The notes beneath the pieces were generated by a model. The model saw only the letters and a list, made by a program, of their open reading frames with translations, was not told the DNA's origin and did no database searches. 64,000 nt of DNA from Epiperipatus broadwayi (Eukaryota; Animalia; Onychophora), in NCBI GenBank assembly GCA_028023455.1, contig JAQFVV010000005.1, positions 8,866,001 through 8,930,000 of the forward strand. Reading direction: 5' to 3'. Below, piece by piece: positions 1 to 12,946 of this stretch; position 1 is the first letter of the stretch; each line of letters starts with the position of its first letter. Both the position numbers and the translations under genes were made by a program.

Positions 1-2760
1 ATCGGCTGTGATTTGATACTCTTTGCATTTTTTTAATACATAGCTAGAGGTCTGTATTTATTCCTGGCCACCATATATAGCTGTGTGCCAAGATTTTTCC
101 TGGCCACCATATATAGCTGTGTGCCAAGATTTTAGCTCTTAACTATTCCCAAATGATCTTGATAGTACTGTTCCATGATCATAACTAGATATAAGTACTT
201 TCTCATCTATCAATATACAGTTTTTATTTAGGGACATTCTCTTGCATACTTTCCACAGTCCTTTATTTAAACAGGGAGGACATCTGGTTGGCCATTTTCT
301 CCCTAACCAATTTTTTTAAGAATTCTGTAGCCAGTCTTCATTAGACCATTCTGCTATTGTTCACCTATTGATAATTTTTGATGCTACCTGATCAATGCAA
401 TTTACATAGGTTTCTGTCCTAGGCAATTCAGTTTTATCTGGCCATCTAAATAATGCATCCACATATGATATTTTTACCCTTCTTGTATATGAGCTCTAGT
501 CATAGCTGATAAGAATTGTAGCCAATGAATCATTTGAGGGCTTAAGTAGTCAGAGATTACTCAATTTTTCATTAATATTTCTAGTAGAGGTTTGTGATTG
601 GTTATGGCCTTAAACTTCCATCCACAGAGATATTGATGAAACTTTTTAATTCTGAATATTATAGCCAGTGCTTCCTTATCCAGCTGACTGTAGTTTATCT
701 CAGCTAACGTTAGTTTTTGGAAAGCGTATGCTATAGGATAATCACCAAGTTTTGATGGATGATGTGTTTCAGCTCTCAGTCCATATTTTAATGTGTCTAT
801 TGTTAGTATGACTTGTTGCTTGGTGTTAGTAAGGCTTTGGCTTATTCATATACTTCTTCCCCAGTTTTATACTTCATTTTTCTGTAACAGGTTATATAAG
901 ATTGGGTAACATGTGCCTTGCCTTTTAAAAGATTTCAAAGTACTTCAATAGTCCAAGGAATGCTTGGAGTTCCTAACATTTTTTGAATGTGATGCTTCTT
1001 TTACATTCTTCACTTTTTCAGGTGCAGGTTTCTTCCCCTGCTTATTGATAAGGTGTCCGAGGAGCTTAAAAAAACTCTTGTTATTCCAAATGCATTTTTC
1101 AGAACTTAATCTGGCTTCAAATCTGTCAAGCAGTTTGCAGATTTTCATTACTTGGTTTTTCAATGTTTCTTCAGAATTCACCATTATTAATATCATCAAA
1201 GTATGGTAATGAGTTCATTTTGGCCTGGAATATATTTGGAACCATTGTAATTTCCAAGAGTAGCCTATTGTAGTTGAATAAACCTCTGTGGATTGTCACT
1301 ATCTCTACTGTTTTCTTGGTAATGGTTATTTGATGAAATCTACTATTCAAATCTAGTTTGGAAAAATACAAACTTCCTATTGACTTTTGTTTAAATGTCT
1401 ATTTACAGTGGTACAATAGTTGCCACAAATCCTTATTTTTCCATTTGCTCCTACTATTACTATAGGAGTATCCCACTCTGCAATCTCAACTAGTTTCAGA
1501 ATTCCTTGTTCTATCTGTTTGTCTAGGCTCTTTGCCAGGCTAATGGCACTTTCCAAGGTTTTGTAATAATAGGTTTTGCTCTGTTGCATAACTTTGTATC
1601 AATAGGTGAAGTTTTTAGTTTTCCTGGTTCTTTTTTGAATAGATTGGGATAGTTATTTTAAACTTGCGATTCTATATCGATTTTCTTACTAATGCATATC
1701 CTCATATTTAGGGCATAAACAATACTTGGCCTATGATTAGATTAAGTTTGCCACTCACTACTATAGGGATAGTATTTCTTTGCTCTCCTTTGTTTCTGCC
1801 TTTACTTTTGTGACTCCTAGTATTCTTATGAGATTTTTCTTAGCATCTCAGGCCTCAAGATGAATTTTCTCTACTTTTGGTAGGAATTTTAAATTAGACT
1901 TTCCCAATACCTGCATTTCATCAGTGATATCCCTGCCCCACTATCAATTTCTATGGTTATTGGTTTGCTGATTATTTTTTACATTCAGCATAATTTGATG
2001 CAATTTGTCTATAGTAGAATTTTTTATGTAGCTATTTTCCATTGCACCACAGGTAAATTTTCTGTTCAGCTGCATATGATTGTGCTTTTTTCAAGGTTAT
2101 CAGTTATTTTCCTACAACTTTAACTTTCTTGCTTATTGTAATCATGGGCATTGTGACTGATTTTTCCATATCAGAAACATTTTACTTGTCTGTTTTAGAT
2201 TCAACTTCTGATATTTTTATAAATTGTAACTTGAAGTGGTTCTGGTCTTGTGAAACTTCTAAACTTTCACTTTGTTTAGTAGTAGTTCATATTATTGTCC
2301 ATGGCTGATTGTTTCCTCATAGGTTAGGTCTTTTACTGCTAATAATATTTTCCTAAACTGATCATCTATTCGCCCATATAATAGTTGCTCAAAGAAGGCT
2401 TCATCTAAATATTTGTCACAAATGCTTGGTTTTTCCATCTGTCTAAGGCCCATATAATCTTTTATTTTTTCATGTTTTCCCTTGCCTTTGCCCCACAATG
2501 TAGTCAAGCAATAATCTTGGGTGGCTCGGAGCTGAAATAATCATTTAGCTTTGTTACAAGCTGATCATATTTCTGTGTTGCTGGTGATTCAGGTTCACAC
2601 AGTTTGTTAGCTATCTCGATTATCCTTTGGTCTCTGAAGAAAAGTAAAGAGGCTAGTTTTATGATACTCTTAGTAATACTATTTAATGTAAAATAATTTT
2701 TTATCCTCCGAACATACACTGGCCAATCATGGATTATCTACACTGAATTCACATATACCA
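1..2760 (-). mobile_element. Degraded Ty3/gypsy LTR retrotransposon (gag, protease, RT, RNase H, integrase Zn-binding start); runs off the window start
   Basis: Minus-strand motifs in gypsy order: gag-like YVRRIKNYF...QKYDQLVTKLNDYF (2292-2719); protease IEIDSGAGISL (~1925-1955); RT WDTPIVIV..NGKIRICGNY, FSKLDL, IHRGLFNYNRL..IFQ, YFDDI (1171-1589), LLGHLI (945-1199); RNase H PIAYAF.KL..AE.NYSQLDKEALAII, TNHKPL (~590-810); integrase KILAHSYIWWPG (~45-135). Many stops and frameshifts. Confidence 0.9.
61..132. repeat. Perfect 36-bp tandem duplication inside the gypsy integrase Zn-binding region
   Basis: ttcctggccaccatatatagctgtgtgccaagattt at 61-96 and 97-132; on the minus strand it reads KILAHSYIWWPG twice in frame. 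Confidence 0.95.
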
Positions 2761-2859
2761 ACTCGTGATATGCCTACCATTTTTCTGTTAGTTTAAATCC
2801 AGTTGTGTCAAGGCAATTACTTAAGGTTCGACTTCTGTGGTGACTGTGCCAATTTATTG

Positions 2860-3420
2860 TGCAATAATTGACAAAAGCAGAATTGAAATGGTAAGCTAAT
2901 AGTTTAAGTAATGTATGAGAATATTTACAAGTATGCATAGCTTATTTAAGATGCATTAAAATAATAAAAGATAGTGGTGATCTCCACATAACAAACCTTA
3001 GCCCGTGTTTTTTGATTTACAGAGGCAGGAGTCTCTGAATTACATTAATACCAGAATCCAAATACGAGGTTTTGGGAGTTTATATACCTCTCAAGACTTC
3101 TGGATATGGTATTTTTTACATTCCTTACCATATATGGCATTTTTATATATATATACATGGTATTTTTTACGTACCTCATTATGTATAGCATTTTTTACAG
3201 TTCTCTGATCTTATAAGACCAGGTATATAACTCTATGACCTAACAACATTACTACACATTGTTACATTGCTACACATTTATTGTTACACAGTTATTTATA
3301 TAATCATTATATACAATTATTTCATACAATCATTATATATAATTATTGTACAAAGTTATTATTTTTATTCTACACAATTATTATATATTTATTGTTGCAC
3401 ACACATGTAAATTCCTTGCT
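2860..3420 (-). repeat. Possible 5' LTR of the gypsy element, with degenerate short tandem repeats
   Basis: Lies upstream of gag; contains degenerate ttacacatt/attatatacaatt repeats (3240-3410); a weak PBS-like TGGCACAGTC on the minus strand at ~2842-2851. No second LTR is in the window to confirm it. Confidence 0.3.
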
Positions 3421-4299
3421 TGACCTTGAACACTGCACTTTCACATCATGAGAAAAAGCCTTTGGATGAAACTCCCCCCCCCCCCCACTTATAGGTAATG
3501 AGGTCAGAAATCTCTATTTATTATTGATATAGATGTAGTCAAAACAACCACAAATCTCTATTTACATATTTACTATTAATAATGAATAAGATGAAATATA
3601 AAATTCTCACATATGAAAAAACTGAAAAAAGTTAAGTAAATATCATGATGGGAAATACTTAGATAGGTCACAAATTTCCTTACTTACATATTTATTATTA
3701 ATATTATATGCAATTTTTGTAGCCAAACTGTGAAAATGTTAGGTTTATTGCTTAGAATGTTATTAGTCATTCAGTGGCTCTTCCAGGTATATAAAAAATT
3801 CCAGAGCACATAATATATCTATACCTTCTTGCTGCTTGCTAGACCAACTATCCTTTATTTATTTCAAGAGTATATGGTAACCAAGGTTGGCTTTATCTAT
3901 GCTGCTATTTCAGTCTTTAACATACTTTACTGTTTTTTTTTAATTTTCTCTTTCCACAATAGTATTTGGTACATGTGAGAGTGCATCTACGTGCTTTATC
4001 TGGTTGCCTAATCTCTAATGTTGTCTTTTTATTGGAGAATATATGTCCTGTAATAGATGATGATCCCTTATTATATTAAATGGATAACCATATCTAATGA
4101 AATTTCATAATAATACAAATAATAGTAATGCCAATTTGATTAATTTTTTTCAGATTTTGACATCACTCTTGATACAACTGCTGTTGGACATTCACCTTCA
4201 TGGGACGAGTCACTGAGTCCAGGCTTAATTCTGTACTCTTTGCATCTATTATCAGAGTTGCATTTAAATTGTCCAAATTAACAAATAATTTATCCTAAG

Positions 4300-4960
4300 T
4301 TCAGTATTTTCCCATATAAAATAATTCTTACAGAGATGTAGATTTATGCATTATCTCTGTAAAAACTATCAAAACATTCATGAACTCCAGGAATACCTAC
4401 ATTTCTTTTATATTCCTTGACTTCTGTATATTTTTAATCACTTTGAACTTTTCATATTCTCCTGAAATGATGTAGTCTAAAATTTTTTTTTTTTTAAACA
4501 ATCATATGCATTTACCTGAATTGAATTTACTTCTGAAGTCAGAAAATCGATTACATACTTTTTAATGCTATGCACTGAGTTTGAAGTTATTAACATCATT
4601 GAAACAGAACTAATTTTGGCTTGGAAAATGCTTGGAACCACAGCTAATTTGCAAGGAAAACAATTGTTTCTAAACAATTCTTTATGGATTTACAATAATG
4701 GGAATTTAATTGTTTCTTAAAATATGATATTTAGTGGAAAGGTGCATTAAAACCAATCATTGTGAAGAATTTTCCAACTTTCGTAGTGGTATCTCTTTTA
4801 CATTGGGAACTTGATAGAAACCTTTTTTATTAAATCTTTATTAACAATCATTTGGTAATCACTGCATATTGGAATTTTCTCATTGGGCTGCAAGGTGATA
4901 ACTATGGGAGGGTAAGCCCTTGCTGCATTTTCACTGGATGTACTTTCAGTTTTTTATAAG
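4300..4960 (-). mobile_element. Second, more degraded Ty3/gypsy RT fragment
   Basis: Minus strand PIVITLQPNEKIPICSDYQM (~4855-4915) and IHKELFRNNCFPCKLAVVPSIFQAKISS (~4605-4690) parallel PIVIVGANGKIRICGNY and IHRGLFNYNRLLLEITMVPNIFQAKMNS of the first element. Confidence 0.6.
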
Positions 4961-7089
4961 GGCATCCAAAAATTTTTTTGACTTGCGCTCTCAGTACAAA
5001 ATGCTTTTCAGAGTAAGAGTTTTGCTTTCTCATGTCACTCGATGACAGCTGGATTTGTATTAACTGATTCCCTAATCTGAATAATTTATGATATTTAGTC
5101 TATTTTTCATTATGTCTAAGACTTAAACCATTTGTGATCTAATAATTGTTTATGACTCTTTTTAACCTTAACTTTTGTATTACATTGATAGGTTTACCAC
5201 TGCATCTCTTATCTTAATATCAATTCTCAATGTTTGATCTTTTTGTTTAATGATACCATCTATATATGGTATGATATCATAATTCTTCTAATAGTCTATG
5301 TTAATGGATTTGTTACAGATTTTTCAATTACCATTATTTGCCAAAGGATATTACTACTTGCTTTATTAATTTCAGTGTTGGATTGATTTGTGGTGAGTTT
5401 ATTCTCCAGAAACTTATTTTTGTTAATTTTAGTTCTTGCTATTTGCACTTTACACTATGCTAATTATAGTTTTAGCTAAGTGCTTTGTGTTTGTACAGTG
5501 ATAGCATTTGATTTTTTTTTTTTTTTTTATGAATTTCAGATTTGGCTGCAAGAATGATTATTTGTTTAATATATGGCATTGGTATGCATAAAGTTAGAAA
5601 TTGCTATCACAAATTAAAGTCAGCCACTCCCCACAATAATTATTATAACAGCACCTTTCAAGATATTTATATACATAATTGTTTGCCATTTTTTCAAAGT
5701 CATATAGTCATTACAAGTCTCCCCTTTCATGATTCTATCTCAGAAATGTAAATGATGTCAGAACTAAATAAATCTGTAAGATTTTGACTAGTTCTCCATT
5801 TAGTTTATTTACTGGCTTGCCAAGTTTGCAAAACTTGTTTTCTATTTCTATTCTGTGACCTCCACATAGAAGTAAGGCAATATTATTTCTAACATCATCT
5901 TTTGTAGAATATTTGTCAAAATATCTTACATAGGTTTGCTATTCCACAAGATTATTCATATCAAATTCACTGATGCCCCAATTTATTTTTTATAGATTGA
6001 TGCTGATTGAAGCTCTTTAAGGGATTACAGATTTTCTAACTGTTTCAATTATTATGTTTAATTCAAGCACCAACAATTGTGTACTTGACTGCAGACAAAG
6101 AGGGTCAAATAAATGATTAAAGATAATGAAAGTTCCATAATAACATAATTTAAATATATTTTTAGTTCAAACCAGTAAATTGATTACATAAACTATATAA
6201 TAAGCAAACAGCTATAATTCTAGGTTTAAACTAGTAAATACAATAAATATAAACAAATGTATATAGTATACATTTAATCTGTAATGTCAAAATCACTACT
6301 AATGATGACAGTATTAATTGAGCTGGATTTTAAATTCACAGTTTCTCTTGTGTCAAAAAGTTCTTGGGATATCATTAATAAAAAAAGTTAACAAATCTAA
6401 ATAAACTGTAAGATAATTACAAATTTTAAGACAACTAAATTCACTTATTAGAAGAGAAAGATTATAACCCCGAGAAAGATATATTTGCTTCTTATTATAT
6501 CTGCAGAAGAGATTTAAAAAAAGTAATATCTAGACCTGTCTTTTGATTAACTGAGTCATTATCTAAAACCACAGCTCTGTAAACAAATGAAGTTATAAAA
6601 CAGAATCAATCAGCAATTCTAATATAATAGATTTAAAAACAAAGACAGAGATAAACAATAAATCTGTTAATGTTGAATGATTGGTAACTCTACAATCCAA
6701 ATAAAAGACCAAAAAAACTGTATCTAACCTAGTGGATGCTTAAGCTAGAGATTTCAATTGAAAATGTATCTATTTTCTAAAGATCAAAGAGAAAGCAACT
6801 TTAGGGTCAAGAGATTATAAACACTGGCTAAATCATGTTTCTGATAATCTATCTTAGCAAATATCAAGTTTAAGACCTTCCAGTGGTGGCATTATAAAGT
6901 AAACTAAAGTATGCTAGCAAGGAATAAAACCACTCATATCTAACCAATGTGCTGAAAAAGAAAATTGACTAAATGCCATATGTTTAATGGGATTATGAAA
7001 TATGTATCGGCAATGACTCTGAACACAATGATCTGCAAACATTGATCATTCAAACTCTGGTTGAACAATATCATTATGAACACATAGAG

Positions 7090-7680
7090 CTGGTGAGGTT
7101 TGACTATTAAATACTATAAAGTATCAAAGAATTGAAATGAAGATAAACAAAATAGAATATTATTTCATAACACTCACAGAAACTAGACCAGATGATGATG
7201 AAGCAAAATGATCTGAATATCCACTAACTTATCTCATATATTATGTATATTTTAGGGTTATCTTCAATCAGGGTGAAGGAATGTTGTGAACTCATCTAAA
7301 GCTTATTTTCAATGATAGACTAATCCAAATTGTAGAATTCTCTAATTAGAATCAAGATAGAATAGAACTGATTAATTGAATAATAAAATAAACACCCAAT
7401 GACACAAACAGGTCTGTCATGTAAACTAATCGGTGAATTCGATATGGCTTATATTAAGATAGTAAAGTTGTTTATAAAAGCTGAAGGTCATTTCAGAGTA
7501 TTGAGTTATTGGAGTGAGTTAATGGAATTATTTAATAAATCTAGTCAATTAACATCAACTTGGAATTATTGTCTAATTAAAAGTAACTCACATTGCATAT
7601 CATTTATTGAATGCAGTCATGCGTGCTTAAACCTGGAGCAGGAAACAGTTGGTAGTGTAAAACATTTCATGAGGTAGCTA
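7090..7680 (+). pseudogene. Highly degraded LINE apurinic-endonuclease relic
   Basis: FITLTETRP (xIxLxET motif) near 7165-7195 and LIGEFD (GDFN-like) near 7425-7445. Confidence 0.35.
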
Positions 7681-8339
7681 GAAGCAATAGATTTTATTAA
7701 GAGTGAGTCATAGTATTTTTCCAATCTAAATGGTTTGTTTAAAAGGACTGGTAGATATATTTAATTTTTCAGTCTGTGTTTTTTGTATTTTAATATGATA
7801 AAAATAAATTGATTGAAATATGTCACACTATCTTCAAAGTCATTTGAGTGATATTTCGATGTCAATGATAAGTGTTTATTGGTAGTGCTTCTCTTATTTT
7901 TTTTTTAATTAAACTGTTCTGATGACTTTGATAGTGAGATAGTTTTTCTTCATTGGATTTTACAGTGAATGTTTGAAAATCCTGTTTTCCATACAATAAT
8001 AATTAAAATAATTAACTTTATATTCAAGCTTAGTATATATCACAGCACTTTGATATCCATTTCATTTTTCCTTAAAATACAATTTATAATTTATTCTGCT
8101 GGAGTTTTACATGTAATTGAATTCTGATAAACCAGTAATCCAAGTTTTGTTTGTGAATTTTTTATGTATTTATTTACTTTTTTGCCATTTATTCTTCTTG
8201 CCTGCTGTCTAAGATAATAATACTTCTTTAATTGGTTTGTTTTGAAGACTTTTTCATTGAAGCATTTTTGTTACTATGTTTAAAAGCTATGGAATTGAGT
8301 GATAGTATGTTGACCATCTCCAATTATTTAGATATCGTT

Positions 8340-8700
8340 TTTATTATAATCTTTTGGGAAATGCCACTATGAGTACCAATATACTCTCTGTGTATAATTG
8401 ATCCGGGGCTTGCAAATTATTTTGTAAAGCAGGGCAATGACAACAATTAAAATGTTTGGATTACATTGGCAACAATATTTGGCCATCAAGTATATGATCA
8501 ATCTAAATTTATGTGTCTTCATATTTTTTGGGTGATCATAGTGCAGTTATTTGAACATTAAGTTTAGGCTTCTGGAATAATGAAACTCAGATAATGCAAC
8601 CATTGCTGCTAACAAGTCAAGCCTTGTCCAATGTGATTAATGCTTTTCATTAGTTATTTGATCAAACCATTTGAATCTAATTTAGTCTCTGAAATCATGA
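8340..8700 (-). pseudogene. Possible RTE-like LINE C-terminal relic
   Basis: Minus strand FKWFDQITNEK resembles the RTE post-RT W.D.(V/I)TN motif; very degraded. Confidence 0.25.
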
Positions 8701-11700
8701 ATGGATTTTAGTCTAACTAATAACTAATCTGCTGTTGGTGTTTATGTTATTTTCTATTTATCATGTTGATAGAACTGTGACATTTATTTTTAACTCATGC
8801 AAATTCAGTATGAGCACATAACTAATGACATCAGTGTGTTGAATGTTTTTACTTGCCTTGTAGTTTAAATACATATGAGTGAAGATTGAACAATCTTCCA
8901 CTTGTAAGGGAGTGAGGTTGAGGTTTGCCTTTTATCTGCTAAAAAATATCCAGAAATGGCTTGTATTTGACCTACAAAATAAGCTAGCCAGATACCTAAG
9001 GAATTTTTTTAATCTTTTCTATTAAACTAAGTAATTTTTTTATACATTTGATGAATACTCAAGAGGAAAATGCACTAGATATATCAGTTCTATCATCCTA
9101 TGAGCAAGTTAAAGAAGCATATCAAGTAAATATTCAAGATTTTATAATATTGAGAAGGCTTTTTTTTTTGTCATTGGACATCTTGTTTGGGTTCCCTAAA
9201 AAAAATTTTAGCTTCAAGTCTCAAATATTGCTTTATATTATTTATAATTAGTGAATTAAAGCTATAACTAAAAAAATCTAGTTTTTTTGTTTTATGAATA
9301 CATTTATTTCAACTGATTTGTTTTGCAGACTACTGATGGATTTACTCTGTTGATTAGGAATTTTTGCTTCTAGAAGAAAATCAAAGCAAGTGTGAAATAT
9401 TTTGGATATTTGACTTGTAAAGTGTGACTACTTCATACCATAAATGAATTTTTAGTCTAAATGCATTATAAAGTCCTTGAAGTCAGAAACTAAAATTAAT
9501 TTGTTTAATTTTGTGGCTTCTCACATTATATTTGCAGTATTGAAAAAGATTTAAGGTAGATGTTTTTAATAAGTGAATTGTCTTGTTATACTTAAATTTG
9601 GATAGTTGTTTAATTGCAACCTGAGATCTAAGATATCATATAATACTGATCTACACACATTTTAGATTTGCCTGAATTTGTTGATACATTTATTAATTTG
9701 GTTTGCCTTCAAAAATAATTTTAATTTAAGTTATAAATTGCGCTTTACGATAAGCCGACACACAAGATAGGTTATGAATATGGGAACTAAAGTTCCCCAA
9801 AAGTGCTCAGCCTAATAATTCTTATAATATTGAGCTTCACTTGTTTGCATAAAGTGCAATTTACAACTTAATACTCGAAGTAGAAACAAGGATTTTATTT
9901 TAATTTAAGTATATGCCAATATTCTAATCAACTTAGACTGAACTCTTCCATAGATAAACTTTTGTCATCATAAAACAATATTCAGTGCAATATTATTTTT
10001 ACTGCACTTTTTATTAGTCTGACTCTCTGTGATTAATGCTACAGGCATTTTTTTTCTAATGGTAGTCTTTATCTATCATAACTGTAAGTTTTGTTTATCC
10101 AAATATATCTTCTGACTTTATTAATTTATTGTATTTGAACAAATGACTCGAATACAGTAAAGGTTATCTCAGTAGTTCTTAAATTGTAAGAATATATTTA
10201 GTCTACATCACTTTAGATTAAATAACTTACTCCATTATTTTCTAATGATTCAAGGCTTGATTAAAAATGGCTAGTAAGTAAGCAGTGTTTGCTTGGTAAG
10301 TAAGTGATGTTAATTTATATTTAAAATAAATAACTGTTATATTTAGTTAGGATAGGAAGTAATCTGTCTGCTATTCATTACAAAATATCATAATTACTTT
10401 ATGATTGTTGTGTTCTCTTAATCGAGTTAGTGCCAGATTATCTGAAGATAGCATGATTAAAATTGCTCATAATATTTTCTTTTTTTTGGCTCCATAAATT
10501 TTTTATACGTGATCACTCATATAATGATTTTGATTTTTACTTCAGGTTTTGCTTTTGTATTTCTAAGGTGACTTAGGATCAAATGCATATTGTAGAAGGC
10601 TGATTTTGTGAATATTTAAATTTATCTATTCTTTAATCTTAAGAGTGAAATTTATAGATATGCACATCTTGATGTAGCTAACTAACACATGTTTAACAAA
10701 ATCAGATAAATATTATTAGATACTAGTCTTTAGAGATAATACTGGATTAAAGAATAAGATTTTGTTGTTATTATTTAAAGGGCTACCTGATTTCAACAAA
10801 TATATGGATATCAGCATATAATAGTAATTTAAGTTTATGATTTATAACTGTACAGTTAATAAATTTGTTTTGTTTGCTTGTTAGATCAATTTTTAGCATT
10901 TGTTTATTGTTGTTTGCTTTTGCCAATTGATGCTTCTAAAGATTCTTCATTTTCCATGATCCTAAGGCATTAAATTATAATATCTGTTTAATGTCTTATG
11001 AGAATTCCAAATGATAAGTTTAGTAACACTCTCTAAGGTTGGATATTGATCATGTTTACAGAGGAATGAGTGGCAGTCCATTACAATATATTGCAGATTT
11101 CTTTGTATTTTGTCATGGGAAATTCATGTGCTCCATGTCATGAGCTATAGTTAAATATTAATGTTCATTAAAGTTGAAGAAATTATACATTTATCCATTT
11201 TGCTGTATGCTATTAATAAATAAATATTTTTTACTGTAAACTGGTGTAAGAAATATATTGCAATATCATTAAGCTGTGCAGTTGTTGATATTTTGTATAT
11301 AATAAATATTATTGTTGTATTAGAAACAGCTATATATCATTATCTATTGACCTATGATGGAAATAAATTACTAAGTGTAAACATCTCAGAAAAGAAACGG
11401 GAATAGTGAATGAAGACAAAAGCTGTGGAAATGAAGGAAGAAGCCAGGCAAAGTTAACTACTTATGATTATTATTATAGATTTTATTGTTGATATTGTTA
11501 TAATAATTTTTTATGGTATACCATGCTTACACAAAATGAATGTATTTTACAAAAAATTGTTTTGAACTCACTCTTATTCATCTTCCTGTTTTGGAAGATC
11601 AAAATAGCATCCAATGAACAAATAGACAAAAGAGTGGTATAAAAAATGTAATATTGTAGGGGGGTAACTGTTACAGTATAGAGAGAAGACAAAGACAATC

Positions 11701-12946
11701 ATTTCAAATAAAGCAAATAATTATGTAATATACATTTTAATATCTGCATTAACAGCAGTAGTATTCTATAATATAACTCCAGAAGTATCTATGTAAATGT
11801 AAACAGTGAAAGATTATTCAGATAGTAGTGTAATCTGGATTCTCAGATTTTCCAGCTATTAATGTGAGATAATCCAGAACATTGAATTACACAAATAGCA
11901 GATTCTTTGACTTCTATTATACTATACATGTTTTTGATTTTATAATATTAATATTTTAATGATTTGAATCTAAGTGATCTGCTTCTATAAATCTTTCAAT
12001 AAGCCATTTATTAAAATTTATAATTAACATATAATTATGCAATAGTTTATAATGAAGCTTTTGGTTGTTAATAAAAATAATGATGGCTGATTGTTGGATA
12101 TGTGCAGTTCATTGTTCTTTGAATCTAATATTTACTTATGCTTATGTATAAGTTTTTTTATTTAAAGTTATATTGAAACTTTTATTGTTGTTGAGACAAA
12201 TAGATAAATTCAAATAAATAATTAAAAAATTAAGAAGTTTTTTTTTTAGAAAAAATAGTGTTTAATTATTGTTATTATTATTATTATTAATTTTTTGGCA
12301 TTTATGGCATGTATTTTTTTTCTTTAGATTAGTGGTAAATGTAAATTTGGATATATTGTAGTCTGTCTGGAAGCAATACCTAAGTTACCACATGCCATGG
12401 AGCAATATATGTTTTCATACACCTGGAAGTGATTGGAACTGTATTCAAATTTATTTTAAATCCACTTTAAATTATCCTGGATGAATGAATAATGTCTATA
12501 AAGCCATCTCTTGCTATCAAGTTTATACCTTCTGGGAATTGTATCCATAAATATTTACTTTAAGTATGTGATCCTGGTTTTATTATAAGTTAGAAAAAAT
12601 ACTACTACTACTTATAGTGAATGTGGCTTCTATTTTTAGTTTTAAATTCATATAAATAAAAAAAATGAAAACTCATATTTGACTGAGTTTCTGTACCATT
12701 TGATTATAAAAAGATACTTAGAAATAGTCAACTATTAGTTGTAAAGAGTACAGTAGAAAACATTAATGGATGGAAAGTTTAATAGGTCAACATTACTTAA
12801 GAACATTCACATTAATAAATTAAACATTTCTATCTATCTATGATAGAAAATTTATGGAAAACAAAATTAGCTTTTTTGAATGTGACTGATGCTGTAATAT
12901 CAAAAACTAGACACAAAGTGCAAATAGCGTATTGTTATAGGAAAAA

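Noticed and set aside
3700-4200. Possible Penelope GIY-YIG relic on the minus strand
   Set aside because: Only scattered 3-4 residue resemblances in different frames; too weak to call.
9048-9251. MNTQEENALDISVLSSYEQVKEAYQ as an upstream coding exon of ZF locus 1
   Set aside because: No recognisable domain (no ZAD/KRAB/BTB motif) and only a weak donor; needs transcript data.
10438-10475. CTGAAGA-T-AGCA...TGCT hairpin resembling a hammerhead
   Set aside because: Followed by CATA rather than GAAA, and there is no Penelope context.
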